DNA of 36,318 nt from NCBI GenBank assembly GCA_016200765.1, contig JACQEC010000004.1:1-36318 (forward strand). The letters run 5' to 3'. The notes beneath the pieces were generated by a model that did not search any database, was not told where the DNA came from, and was given only the letters and a program-made list of their open reading frames with translations. The translations under genes were made by a program, and so were the position numbers. Source of the stretch: Chloroflexota bacterium. GTDB lineage: Bacteria; Chloroflexota; Anaerolineae; JACRMK01. Of the stretch, positions 13,291 through 22,444 are shown in pieces (the first letter of the stretch is position 1; each line of letters opens with the position of its first letter).

Positions 13291-14453
13291 TAGTCCAACA
13301 GCCTCGCCAGACCGTTCACCAGCCGCTCCACATCGTCCAGCGAGTTATAGGCCTGTATCGAGACGCGGACATAGGGCTTGCCCTGCCAGACGACCATCGG
13401 CACCTCGACCCCAAACTCGTCGTAGAGCCGCGACTTCAGTTGGGCCGGGTCGCACGGCGGCAGTGGCAGGGTGACCATCTGCATCGTCCAACTTGTATCG
13501 TCCGGGCTGATGGGCGGCAGGCCGGTCAGCGCGCTGATGCGCTCGCGCGTCTCCCGCACGAGCGTCTGGCACTGCCGCCGCACGTCAGCCCATTGATATT
13601 CCTCGTGAAAGCGGATAGCCTCCGGCACGGTGAGATACGACGCGATGTCGCGCGTGCCGGTCCACTCCTGCTCGTCAATGAAGCGCGAGGCGCTGGGCGC
13701 CACCGACTGATAGCCCCAACTGACGACGAGCGGCTCGACCAGCGGCTGGACGGCCGGGCGCGCGTAGAGGAACGCCGCGCCTTTGGGCGCGCAGAGCCAT
13801 TTGTGGCAATTGCTGGAGTAGATGTCCGCGCCGAGGTCTTCGACGTCGAGCGGCAGTTGGCCGATGACGTGCGCGCCGTCCACGATGCTGATGATGCCGG
13901 CCTCGCGCGCGCGTTGGCAGATGGCTTTGACCGGAAAGATCAGCGCGGTCGGCGAGGTGATGTGGCTGAGAAAGATCACGCGCGTGCGCGGCGTCACGCC
14001 CGCCCACAGCCGCTCGACGAAATTGTCGTGCGTCGTGACCGGCAGAGGGATGGGCTGGCGCTTATAGACCGCGCCGCTCTGCTTGCAGAGAAACTGCCAC
14101 GTCCGATCCAGCGCGCCGTACTCGTGGTCGGTGGTCAAGATTTCATCGCCGGGCTTGAGGCGCAGACTGCGCGCCGCGATGTTCAGCCCGGTGGTGGCGT
14201 TGGGCACATAGACGAGGTTATCGGCGTCGGTATGCACGAACGCCGCCAGCGCGGCGCGCGCCTCGCGCATGAGGCTGGCGAAGCGGCGCCCCAGAAATTC
14301 AACCGGCTGCCATTCTAACTCGCGTTGCCACTCCTGATATTTCTCAAACACCGGGCGCGGGGTTGCGCCGAATGAGCCGTGGTTGAGAAAAGCGATGTCG
14401 GGGTTCAGCAGAAACAGGTCTTTGGAGAGTGGCGCGCGGTTGTTGTGGGTCAT
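13290..14453 (-). CDS. class V aminotransferase-fold PLP enzyme (isopenicillin-N epimerase / cysteine desulfurase-like)
   Basis: ..FLNHGSFGATP.., ..VDGAH..GQLPLDV..LGADIY.SNCHKWL.APKG.AFLY.. (PLP lysine in HK). Full-length 387 aa. Confidence 0.9.
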   Translation of the reverse strand: MTHNNRAPLSKDLFLLNPDIAFLNHGSFGATPRPVFEKYQEWQRELEWQPVEFLGRRFASLMREARAALAAFVHTDADNLVYVPNATTGLNIAARSLRLKPGDEILTTDHEYGALDRTWQFLCKQSGAVYKRQPIPLPVTTHDNFVERLWAGVTPRTRVIFLSHITSPTALIFPVKAICQRAREAGIISIVDGAHVIGQLPLDVEDLGADIYSSNCHKWLCAPKGAAFLYARPAVQPLVEPLVVSWGYQSVAPSASRFIDEQEWTGTRDIASYLTVPEAIRFHEEYQWADVRRQCQTLVRETRERISALTGLPPISPDDTSWTMQMVTLPLPPCDPAQLKSRLYDEFGVEVPMVVWQGKPYVRVSIQAYNSLDDVERLVNGLARLLD

Positions 14454-14559
14454 CAGGGCCTCGTGAGTTTTGCGTCATTATACCGCTTTTTCGCTCAACC
14501 CCGATACCCGATGGATTCCGCTCAAGCGCGCAGGGCGGATTTCCGCGGCCCGCCGCCGT

Positions 14560-15978
14560 TCACAGCCCGCTGGCATCGAAGACGCGGACACCGCCGTAGT
14601 CGGCGACATAGAGCAGGTTGTCGTATCCGAATAAGTTGAAGGGCTGGATACCGGTCATCATCGGTTGCCAGGTGTGATGGACGGGGTCCACCTCGACGAT
14701 CAGGCCGGCATCGTGCAGCGAGACGAACAACTTGCCCGCCGCAATCGCCACGCCCGAAGGCACCGAGCCATCGGGCAGAACCGCCACGGGTGGGAAGAAC
14801 CCGAAGATGGTTTCGCGGCCGGCATAGGCGAAGGGGTGCCCATAATGCCCGCCGAATACGATGTCGTTGACTTCATCGCCGGCATTTGCCAGGTTCGCAT
14901 CGTTCTTTTCGGGCGTGAAGGCTGGATCGTTATCAATGGCGAAGACCTGCTGTTGTCCTCCGAGAAAGCCGACGGTCATCGCCCAGGGGTTGCGGAAACC
15001 GCGCGCAAACTCGTAGACCTCACCGGCGCCCCCCGGGCGGACTTCGTAGCCTGTGACACTGCTCAACCATGAGAGCGGCGCATAGTTGATGCGCCCGGTC
15101 GGGAAATCCTCGTAGGCGGGCGGCTTGATGCCGCTGAGGACGCCGGGCGCGGCGTAGTTCGAGTCCATCACGGAACCCATCGCCATCAACAGCACATCCT
15201 GACCCGCCAGCGTGAACTTCGCCAGCGCGTGGTTGACGTGGCCGTAAATCTGGCTGATGACCGGATACGACAGCACCGCCTCGGCGTTGTGCATCTGGTC
15301 GTCGTCGGGCATACGTTGCAGCGCGCCCGCCTCGTTGAAAAAGATCAGGCCATGATAGACGACAATCCCGCCAATCAGATTGTAGACCGGCGGCGTCAAT
15401 GGGATCGGCTCGCCGTGGCTAGGCTTCTTCCAGATGGCGTATCCTCCCTTCATCGGTTCGGCAATCGCCGACGCATCTTGGGCCGCGCCGAAATAGATCG
15501 CGCCGGTCTCATCACGATACAGCGCCGTGACGATATGGCCTGTGACGACGGGCATTAAGACTTTTGCCGCCGATTGAGGGATAAGGATGGCTGAGGTGGT
15601 TGGTGTGGGTCTGGGCCGCGGCACAGCGGTCGGCGGGCGGGTGGCCGTAGGCACAGGGGAGGAGACGGCGGGCTGGTCTTCGTCGAGGGCGCAGGGCGAT
15701 GGCGTGCCATCGGGCTCGGCGAGTTCCAGATTGCGATGCTCGAAATCTTCGCAGGTATACGCATCGTCTTCGGGTATCGCGCTGGCCGGGTTGGGCAGGC
15801 GAGTGGCCGCCGTGTCCGGCGACGGCAACGCGGTAGAAAGCGGCCGGGACGTGGCAATCGCCCGCGCTCTGGCCGCCGGCCTTGCCGTGGCGGTTGGTGT
15901 TGGGCTTGAACGAGCCGGTGAGCTGCATGAGACCAAAACGACACAGGCAAGGGCTAACGCGGTGAGGCGAAAGGCCAT
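14560..15978 (-). CDS. lipoprotein with glucose/sorbosone dehydrogenase-like beta-propeller
   Basis: ATG 15978 follows GGAGA. Lipobox VVLVSCSS and a Pro/Thr/Ala linker. The propeller part has ..RGFRNPWAM.., ..GDEVNDIVFGGHYGHPF.. resembling the GDE(I/V)N..G.NYGWP motif of PQQ-type sugar dehydrogenases. Cofactor is unverified. Confidence 0.75.
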   Translation of the reverse strand: MAFRLTALALACVVLVSCSSPARSSPTPTATARPAARARAIATSRPLSTALPSPDTAATRLPNPASAIPEDDAYTCEDFEHRNLELAEPDGTPSPCALDEDQPAVSSPVPTATRPPTAVPRPRPTPTTSAILIPQSAAKVLMPVVTGHIVTALYRDETGAIYFGAAQDASAIAEPMKGGYAIWKKPSHGEPIPLTPPVYNLIGGIVVYHGLIFFNEAGALQRMPDDDQMHNAEAVLSYPVISQIYGHVNHALAKFTLAGQDVLLMAMGSVMDSNYAAPGVLSGIKPPAYEDFPTGRINYAPLSWLSSVTGYEVRPGGAGEVYEFARGFRNPWAMTVGFLGGQQQVFAIDNDPAFTPEKNDANLANAGDEVNDIVFGGHYGHPFAYAGRETIFGFFPPVAVLPDGSVPSGVAIAAGKLFVSLHDAGLIVEVDPVHHTWQPMMTGIQPFNLFGYDNLLYVADYGGVRVFDASGL

Positions 15979-15990
15979 GATAAATCTCCA

Positions 15991-16034
15991 GAGTTCACCA
16001 TGCGCCGGGGTGTGGCTTAGCGCATGGTGAACTC
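15991..16034 (-). terminator. 15-bp perfect inverted repeat between the PDZ gene and the downstream lipoprotein gene
   Basis: gagttcaccatgcgc (15991-16005) pairs with gcgcatggtgaactc (16020-16034) across a 14-nt loop. There is no clear U-tract, and on the minus strand the stem abuts the SD of the next gene. Its function (terminator or processing/regulatory site) is uncertain. Confidence 0.4.
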
Positions 16035-16084
16035 GGCGGTGAACTATGCAACTCCTACGATTGATCAATCATACGCCCTGCCGG

Positions 16085-16825
16085 TTAGTTGGTTGGGAGG
16101 GTCGGCGCCGGCGGGCGCGGCCGATAGTTGAACTGAATACCCAGATAGGGCGCCGAAGCGTCGCTGGACTGCGCGCCCAGGGTCACGTTAACCGTCTTGG
16201 TGTCACTGCCGCGCTGAATCTTCAACGCGACCGTTTCGCCCGGCTTGTGCTGGCGGATCAGCGCGTCGAGCAAATGCTGGCCGTCCACACTCTGCTCGCC
16301 GATGGCGAGAATCTTATCGCCGGCTTGCAGGCCCGCTTTCGCGGCCGGTGAGTCGGCGACCACTTGGATGATCGTCGCGCCGTTGAAGGCCAGCGTGCCG
16401 GTCATCGGATGACCGGGGCCGCCGGGTTGGCCGGGTTGGCCGCCGCGCGAACCGCCAAAGCCGCGGAAGCCGCCGGGGCCGCCAAAACCGCCGAAGCCGT
16501 GAGGCTCAAATCGCCCGAAGCCGCACGCGCCCGTAGCCTGATCAATGCGCTGTTTCGCCGCAGTCGCCTGATCGGCCGTCAAGCGGCCATCTTTGACTGC
16601 CTGATCAACCATATCCTTGGCCGTATCCTTCTCGGCTTGCGTCAACTTATCCACGCTCACACCCAGATGCTGGGCCAACGCCTGCAAATACTGCGTGCAA
16701 GCGGCGGGCGCGGCCGGCGCGGTGGGCGTGCCCCCACTGCCGCCCTGCGCCCAGATGGTCGTCGCGCCAAGCACGCCCAGCGCCAACAACACTCCCGCAA
16801 CTGCGCTAATGACTTTGAATTTCAT
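16085..16825 (-). CDS. secreted PDZ-domain protein with Gly-rich linker
   Basis: AAGGAGA SD. Signal peptide MKFKVISAVAGVLLALGVLGATTIWAQG. Gly-rich FGGFGGPGGFRGFGGSRGG linker. PDZ motif ..VVADSPAAKAGLQAGDKILAIGEQSV.. Confidence 0.85.
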   Translation of the reverse strand: MKFKVISAVAGVLLALGVLGATTIWAQGGSGGTPTAPAAPAACTQYLQALAQHLGVSVDKLTQAEKDTAKDMVDQAVKDGRLTADQATAAKQRIDQATGACGFGRFEPHGFGGFGGPGGFRGFGGSRGGQPGQPGGPGHPMTGTLAFNGATIIQVVADSPAAKAGLQAGDKILAIGEQSVDGQHLLDALIRQHKPGETVALKIQRGSDTKTVNVTLGAQSSDASAPYLGIQFNYRPRPPAPTLPTN

Positions 16826-17046
16826 CGTTCGTTCTCCTTATTTGACATCGCTTGATAGGGCTTCCAAGCTCGACGCCTCCCATGTCATTGTGCGGGCGGC
16901 GAGACTCATCTGCCGAAACCCCAAAACTTGGGGCGGTTAATTGATCCATGGTTTACCGTCTGTTGTGCTTTCGATTCTCCTTTCTGGCATGGGCGCCAAC
17001 CCCTCTCGGCCATGCCCCTTGCGCGTCGTCGCCTGCACCCATGCGC

Positions 17047-17760
17047 TTACCTCGCCCCGACCGCCGTGGCCGTGGACAGTTGAGCACGAGCCATCACCAC
17101 ACGGTACACCGTCAAAAAGACGATCACCAGCGCGCTGCCCAGATAGAGCCACTGGGTCGTGCCGAGCGCGCTGTCGGTGCCGGCAAACCAGCCATGCACC
17201 GTCACCATCAGGTAAGCGATGAAGCTGAAATAGTGGATCGCGCGGAACGCGCGCGCGCCAATCCAGCGGCGGATATAGAACGTGATCGTGACCAACAGCG
17301 TCAGATACAGGCCAATCACGCCGAGGCCGACCCACAGCGGCCGGTAGGGCGCGGCGAACGGCACCAAAATCTCCGCCAACGAAAAGGGCAGATAATGATC
17401 GCCCAGCAGAACCACGACGTGCAGGACGATGAAGCCAATCGCCAACAGCGACAAGAACTGGTGCAGTTCGTAAGTCCACGCCCGCGGCTGAAGCGGGTCG
17501 AACAGCTTACTCGACACCGCGATGCCCCAGGCGGTCGAGAGCCACAACAGAAAATAAGCCATCAGCCCGGCCGCGCGCGTCACGTACCAGAGCGCCTGCG
17601 GACTGCTCAACGCAAAGAGCCCATCCACCGCCTGCGCCGGCAGCGCGCCCAGCGGCGTCGCCGCGAGCATGATACCCACCGCGCCGGCCACCATCAGCGA
17701 CAACACCGTCAGCGCGGCCAGGAGGAAGCGCCAGGCTCGATCAGATAGTCCCAATTCCAT
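17047..17760 (-). CDS. ferric-reductase-like (FRD/MsrQ-type) di-heme transmembrane protein
   Basis: Six predicted TM helices. Two His pairs have the classic spacing: HQFLSLLAIGFIVLH (13 residues between) and HYFSFIAYLMVTVH (12 between). There is no NAD/FAD domain. The start (17760 or 17781) overlaps the apbE 3' end. Confidence 0.8.
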   Translation of the reverse strand: MELGLSDRAWRFLLAALTVLSLMVAGAVGIMLAATPLGALPAQAVDGLFALSSPQALWYVTRAAGLMAYFLLWLSTAWGIAVSSKLFDPLQPRAWTYELHQFLSLLAIGFIVLHVVVLLGDHYLPFSLAEILVPFAAPYRPLWVGLGVIGLYLTLLVTITFYIRRWIGARAFRAIHYFSFIAYLMVTVHGWFAGTDSALGTTQWLYLGSALVIVFLTVYRVVMARAQLSTATAVGAR

Positions 17761-18706
17761 GATCCAAATACCCCTTTGCATTGGCAGAGCCCCACAAAAG
17801 CCCCTCGCGATCTACAGCAATGAAGGCCAATCCCTCACAGCGTCCGGCAATGCGCTCGGCCCCGGCGGGGCCTGCAATCAACAGCGCCTTGGCGAACACT
17901 TCAGCCGCCGCCGCCTCTGGCGCAATAGCCGTTACGCTCAACCACTCACTTTGCGCCGGCAGTCCGGTGCGCGGGTCAATCAGATGATGCCGTTCATGCC
18001 CGTCCTGCCGCCAGCGCCGCTTCATTTGGGACGAAGTTGCCACCGCGCCCGGGCCTGTGCGCACAACCGCCAACGTCTGCTCGTCGTCACGCGGGTCGGC
18101 CAGCGCAATCTGCCACGCGCCGCCCGCATCGCCATCGCGGCGCGGCACGCCGACAGCGTAGAGGTCGCCTCCGGCGCTCACCGCGCACGCCTCGCTGTAG
18201 GCCGCGAGCCTGCGCGCGGTCTGCTCGGCAATCCAGCCTTTGGCGATGCCTCCTAAATCCAAACGCATCCCCGGCGGCAGTCGCACGGCGCGCCGGGCTT
18301 GATCAAACTCCACCGCGCGGAAATCGCCGACCGGCGGCGGCCCGCCCGGACGACCGCGCCCCGGCCTGAGCCTGTCGAAGGGCGCCAGCACGGTGTCCAG
18401 ACTGCGGTCATAGCCTGCCAACTCCAGCACTTCGAGGACTGCCGGGTTGAACAACCCCTCGGTGGCCTCGTTGAGCGCGCGCGCTTGCCACAACAGCGCG
18501 AACAGTTCATCTGATGCCATGAACCAGCCGCCCGCGGAGCGATTCAACTGCGATAGCTCGCTCTCCGGAGAGAAGCGCGTGAAGCGCGCCTCGCTCGCCG
18601 CGATGTGCTCGCGCGCCGCCGCAAAGCCGCGCGCCAGCGCCGGCGGGTCGCCCTCGGCGGCCAGCACGATAGCCGTGTTCATGGCGCGAAACTCTTCGTA
18701 TTCCAT
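17741..18706 (-). CDS. apbE: FAD:protein FMN transferase (ApbE family)
   Basis: ..AMNTAIVL.., ..FSPESELSQLN.., ..FNPAV.., ..LDLGGIAKGW.., ..VSAGGDLY.., ..VATSS..RRW..G...HHLIDPRTG.P.. Start at ATG 18706, one nt after the upstream stop. Confidence 0.9.
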   Translation of the reverse strand: MEYEEFRAMNTAIVLAAEGDPPALARGFAAAREHIAASEARFTRFSPESELSQLNRSAGGWFMASDELFALLWQARALNEATEGLFNPAVLEVLELAGYDRSLDTVLAPFDRLRPGRGRPGGPPPVGDFRAVEFDQARRAVRLPPGMRLDLGGIAKGWIAEQTARRLAAYSEACAVSAGGDLYAVGVPRRDGDAGGAWQIALADPRDDEQTLAVVRTGPGAVATSSQMKRRWRQDGHERHHLIDPRTGLPAQSEWLSVTAIAPEAAAAEVFAKALLIAGPAGAERIAGRCEGLAFIAVDREGLLWGSANAKGYLDHGIGTI

Positions 18707-18707
18707 T

Positions 18708-18962
18708 TCAGGAACCGCGCGTGCGCAATCGCAACTGCGGAACGGTTGAGCCGCCGCGCAGGGAAGGCAGGGCCTGTATGCCCGCCGAGGGACGCAGACT
18801 GGGCAACGGCGCCAATGGGGCAACCTCCAGCCCGGCTATCGCCGGTGGCGGGTTCGCAGAGACCGGCTTGCCTGCGTGAGCCAACAAGACCCATCCGCCC
18901 AAGAACGCCGCCATACTGCCGCTCGCCACCACTATACGCAGACCGTGAGGAAACCATTTCAT
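18708..18962 (-). CDS. small membrane-anchored Pro/Leu-rich protein (hypothetical)
   Basis: ATG 18962 follows GGGAG by 9 nt. One TM (MAAFLGGWVLLAHA). The stop is adjacent to the apbE start (TGAaATG). No family recognised. Confidence 0.5.
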   Translation of the reverse strand: MKWFPHGLRIVVASGSMAAFLGGWVLLAHAGKPVSANPPPAIAGLEVAPLAPLPSLRPSAGIQALPSLRGGSTVPQLRLRTRGS

Positions 18963-18977
18963 CGTTGTTGACTCCCG

Positions 18978-19316
18978 TTATCGCCCGCGCAGTTGGATCG
19001 TGCCGTCGCTCATGATGCGAATCAGCCCGCGCTGTTGGAGCTGGCTCAAGACCGATTGGTACTGTTGGATCAAGGCATCAGCCTGATCGAGCTGGCTTTG
19101 ATACTGCTTCTCCCGCTCCTGATATTGCCGCACGAGGTTCTGCAACTGCTGAACGTCACTGGCTGAGCCGGCGGTCGGCGCGCCGGCCTCCGCGGGCGTA
19201 TTGCTCGCGGCCACACTGGTTGGATTGAAGAGCGCGCTCATCCCGATGGTGAACATGCCGCCCGCAATCAAAGCCGTCACCACGAACGCGACCGCTATGC
19301 CCTTTGCTCGATTCAT
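18978..19316 (-). CDS. membrane-anchored coiled-coil protein (hypothetical)
   Basis: ATG 19316 follows GAGGGG. TM helix IAVAFVVTALIAGGMFTIGMSALF, then a Gln-rich heptad-like region QQLQNLVRQYQEREKQYQSQLDQADALIQQYQSVLSQLQQ. ATG 19358 is the alternative start. Confidence 0.6.
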   Translation of the reverse strand: MNRAKGIAVAFVVTALIAGGMFTIGMSALFNPTSVAASNTPAEAGAPTAGSASDVQQLQNLVRQYQEREKQYQSQLDQADALIQQYQSVLSQLQQRGLIRIMSDGTIQLRGR

Positions 19317-19498
19317 CTCTGACCCCTCTGGTTTGCGACCCCCCGCCTTGACTATCATGTTGACTATAACAAAGAATTATGGAGAGACGATGGAGGATTG
19401 ATGAGTGCCGACTGAGAGTTCAGCGCTTCCGGGATTTAATGAGTCAACTGCGCGTCGAGACGTCGCGCTTGCGCCTCCATCAATTCTCCACAGATTTA

Positions 19499-19507
19499 TG
19501 CTATAGT
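19499..19507 (+). promoter_or_regulatory. extended -10 element upstream of the response-regulator gene
   Basis: TGcTATAGT lies 25 nt upstream of ATG 19532. The -35 is poor (CAATTC). Confidence 0.4.
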
Positions 19508-19531
19508 GAAGACAGCGCCGCGCGCTTTCCC

Positions 19532-20239
19532 ATGTCACCGCGAATTCTGGTCGTGGACGACGACGAGCAAATCGTCCGCCTATTGCAATCGTATCTCAGC
19601 AAGGAAGGGATGACCGTCTTCACCGCCGCCGACGGGCTAGAAGCGATGCACATCGTCCGCCGCGAGTGGCCGGACTTGGTCGTCTTGGACTTGATGCTAC
19701 CGGCGCGCGACGGCTGGGAGGTTGCGCGCTTGATGCGCGCCGAAGAGCCGCTGGCGAAAATCCCCATTCTGATGCTGACCGCTCGCGTCGAGGACGACGA
19801 CAAAATCCTTGGCTTTGAACTGGGCGCCGACGATTATGTGACCAAGCCGTTCAACCCGCGCGAAATGGTCATGCGCGTGCGCGCGATTTTGCGCCGCGCC
19901 GCCGGTCTGCCCCGCCCGTCCATCGTTCTACAGGTTGGCCGCCTGCGCCTCGACGATCAGGAGCGCGCGGCCAGCCTTGACGGGCGCGCGCTCGACCTGA
20001 CGCCGTCGGAATTTGCCATCCTGCGCGCGCTGATGAAGAACGCTTCCCACACGCTGACGCGCGGCGAATTGATTGAAGCCGCCTTTGGCTATGAATACGA
20101 GGGCATGGAGCGCACTGTGGACAGCCATGTCAAGAACTTGCGCAAGAAAATCGAGCCCGGTCCCGCCCAGCCTGCTTACATCGAAACGGTCTATGGCGTG
20201 GGCTATCGCTTGAGCGATCCAAACGGAGAACCGCCATGA
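19532..20239 (+). CDS. OmpR/PhoB-family response regulator
   Basis: REC domain (ILVVDDDE.., DLVVLDLMLP.., ..MLTAR), then a winged-helix domain (..LTPSEFAILRAL.., ..VDSHVKNLRKKIE.., ..IETVYGVGYRL). Confidence 0.92.
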   Translation: MSPRILVVDDDEQIVRLLQSYLSKEGMTVFTAADGLEAMHIVRREWPDLVVLDLMLPARDGWEVARLMRAEEPLAKIPILMLTARVEDDDKILGFELGADDYVTKPFNPREMVMRVRAILRRAAGLPRPSIVLQVGRLRLDDQERAASLDGRALDLTPSEFAILRALMKNASHTLTRGELIEAAFGYEYEGMERTVDSHVKNLRKKIEPGPAQPAYIETVYGVGYRLSDPNGEPP

Positions 20240-21501
20240 ACCGCCTGTGGGTGAGACTGACGGCCGCGTTCGTGGCGGTCACGCTGGTCAGTGTCGGCAC
20301 GGTTGCGCTGCTGGCCGGGTGGAACGCCAGCGACCAATTTCGCCAGTACGTTTACCATCAGGACGAACTGGCGCAAAACGATCTGGCCGACGAGTTGGCG
20401 GCCCCCGCGGGACAGCGGTTGGGCAGTACGGTGGACCTGCGCTCGCGCGGAGGCGGCGCGCCGGTGACGGTCGAAGGCAGGCTGGTCGGCTACGTGACCG
20501 CCAGCGACAACCCGCGGGATTTTACTGCGCCGCCGGAGCAGAACTTTCTCGATCAACTGCGCGTCACGCTCGTCATTGCGGCGGTGGTGGCGGGCAGTCT
20601 GGGTATCTTGTTCGGCACGCTGATCAGCCGCACGCTGGCCGCGCCGCTGGCCGATCTGGCTAGCACCGCGCGCGCGTTTGCGGCGCGCGACTGGGGGCGG
20701 CGCGTGAGCGTGCGCGGCGCGGCGCAGACGGCTGAAATTGCCGCCGTGGCGCGCGCGTTTAACGAGATGGCGGATGACTTGCAACACGCGGAGACCCTGC
20801 GCCGCAATCTGATGGCCGACGTGGCGCATGAACTGCGCACGCCGCTCAGCGTTCTGCAGGGCAACCTGCGCGCCCTGCTCGACGATGTTTACCCGCTGGA
20901 GCGCCGTGAGATTGCGACCCTGTACGACCAGACCCGCCTGCTTAGCCGCTTGGTGGACGACCTGCACCAACTGGCATTGGCCGAGTCGGGGCAGTTGCCT
21001 TTGAATGTGCAGGCGATAGATTTAATGGGGTTGTTGCAGGCCACGCACAGCCAATTCGCGGCGGGGGCGGAAGCGCAGGGTCTCTCCCTCACTGTAGGGG
21101 CGGGCCTTGCGCCCGCCCTTGCGCCCGCCCTGCCGAGGGCGCGCGCGGATGCAGACCGGCTGGCGCAGGTCTTGCAAAATCTGATCAGCAACGCCATCCG
21201 TCATACGCCCACCGGCGGGCGCATCACGATCACCGCCGAGCCGCTGGCCATCGCCGCGGGCGAGATGGTGCGCGTGAGCGTCGGCGATACCGGCGATGGC
21301 ATCGCCCCGGAGGATTTGCCGCACGTCTTTGACCGGTTCTACCGCGCAGACCGCTCGCGCTCGCATCGCGGCGGGGGCGCGGGGCTGGGCCTCGCCATTG
21401 CCAAGTCGCTCACGGAGGCGATGGGCGGAACCATCGGCGTTGAGAGTGCGCGCGGGCAGGGCAGCCGCTTCTGGTTCACCCTGCCAGTGGCAGGGGCGTA
21501 A
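20236..21501 (+). CDS. sensor histidine kinase (TM-sensor-TM-HAMP-HisKA-HATPase)
   Basis: The ATGA overlap with the regulator gene indicates coupling. H-box ADVAHELRTPL, N-box LISNAIRHT, and G-boxes DTGDGI / GGAGLGLAI. Confidence 0.92.
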   Translation: MNRLWVRLTAAFVAVTLVSVGTVALLAGWNASDQFRQYVYHQDELAQNDLADELAAPAGQRLGSTVDLRSRGGGAPVTVEGRLVGYVTASDNPRDFTAPPEQNFLDQLRVTLVIAAVVAGSLGILFGTLISRTLAAPLADLASTARAFAARDWGRRVSVRGAAQTAEIAAVARAFNEMADDLQHAETLRRNLMADVAHELRTPLSVLQGNLRALLDDVYPLERREIATLYDQTRLLSRLVDDLHQLALAESGQLPLNVQAIDLMGLLQATHSQFAAGAEAQGLSLTVGAGLAPALAPALPRARADADRLAQVLQNLISNAIRHTPTGGRITITAEPLAIAAGEMVRVSVGDTGDGIAPEDLPHVFDRFYRADRSRSHRGGGAGLGLAIAKSLTEAMGGTIGVESARGQGSRFWFTLPVAGA

Positions 21502-22375
21502 GCCCGCCGGTCACCATCTGCCGCTCGCCGATGCCGGCGACCTTGACATCCAGCCGCGCGCGCCCCGCTTCAGCGAGCGCCTCGGCCACCTTGTGCGTCT
21601 CGGCCAGCGGCCAGCCGAAGACGCGCGCGGCCTGTTGGGGCGTGGTGAAGATGACATCGCGCAGGTATTGGTCGAGGATGGCGCGCCGCGCCTGCTCGCG
21701 GGTGATTTGCCGCGCCTGTAGGGGGATGGACGGCAACCAGCGCGGCAGGAGTTCATAGATGAAGGCGTAGCGCCACGCGCCCGCCTGCGCCACCCCCACC
21801 GGCAGAACCTTCAAGCCCATCTGTAGTTCAGCGAGCGCGCGGTCGAAACGCCCGCGGCTCTGCTCCGAGGTCATGCGCGCTTCCTTGCTCAACCGCACCG
21901 CGTCGAGCGCGCCCTTCTCCAGCAGTACGTCATAGATCGTCTTCGCCTCGACCGACAGCCGTCCCTCGCGGTACTCGTCAAGATAGTCCTGCTCGTAGTC
22001 GCCGAAGTTTTCGCTCAAGGCGTAGAAGTTGGGCAGGAAGTCGAGGCCGACCAGCGTGGCCTTGCCGCGGATCAATTTGCCGTAAAACCACCAGCGCTTA
22101 TCCAGCGATTCATCTTTCCAGCCCCACGTGCGCTCAATCTCGTAGCCGCGGTGCATCGGCGAAGTCTTGACCACGCGCCCGGCGATGGCGTCCCACAGCG
22201 AAGGCATCTCGACGTTCTGGATGGGAAAGAGGAAGCAGAAGCCGACATCGTTCACAAAGCGACGCGCCTCATCTTGCGTCGTCACGCGCAAGTCCATGCG
22301 GCGGCGATAGCGGGCGGTGCGCGCGGCGAGGAGCGCCGGCCGGTCGAGCGCGCTGGCGTTCGATGGTGCGTTCAT
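21476..22375 (-). CDS. winged-helix protein, AlkZ/YcaQ-related (tentative)
   Basis: ~300 aa with ..EARRFVNDVGFCFLFP..MPSLWDAIAG.. and a C-terminal wHTH-like part. The resemblance to HTH_42/YcaQ-like proteins is from memory only. The 3' end overlaps the kinase 3' end by 26 nt. Confidence 0.6.
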   Translation of the reverse strand: MNAPSNASALDRPALLAARTARYRRRMDLRVTTQDEARRFVNDVGFCFLFPIQNVEMPSLWDAIAGRVVKTSPMHRGYEIERTWGWKDESLDKRWWFYGKLIRGKATLVGLDFLPNFYALSENFGDYEQDYLDEYREGRLSVEAKTIYDVLLEKGALDAVRLSKEARMTSEQSRGRFDRALAELQMGLKVLPVGVAQAGAWRYAFIYELLPRWLPSIPLQARQITREQARRAILDQYLRDVIFTTPQQAARVFGWPLAETHKVAEALAEAGRARLDVKVAGIGERQMVTGGLTPLPLAG

Positions 22376-22383
22376 GGTGAGCA

Positions 22384-22412
22384 ATGATAGCGGTATTTCA
22401 CGGCGCGCGCAA
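22384..22412 (-). promoter_or_regulatory. candidate leaderless-type promoter for 21476-22375
   Basis: On the minus strand: TTGCGC (22412-22407), 17-nt spacer, TATCAT (22389-22384), then 8 nt to ATG 22375. No SD. Confidence 0.45.
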
Positions 22413-22444
22413 TCGCAACAGCACGGCGCGCTGGGGTCGGTTGC

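Noticed and set aside
21476-21501. 26-nt convergent overlap of the histidine kinase and the wHTH gene as a regulatory antisense feature
   Set aside because: Short 3'-3' overlaps are common in compact high-GC genomes, and nothing else in the sequence supports a special role.
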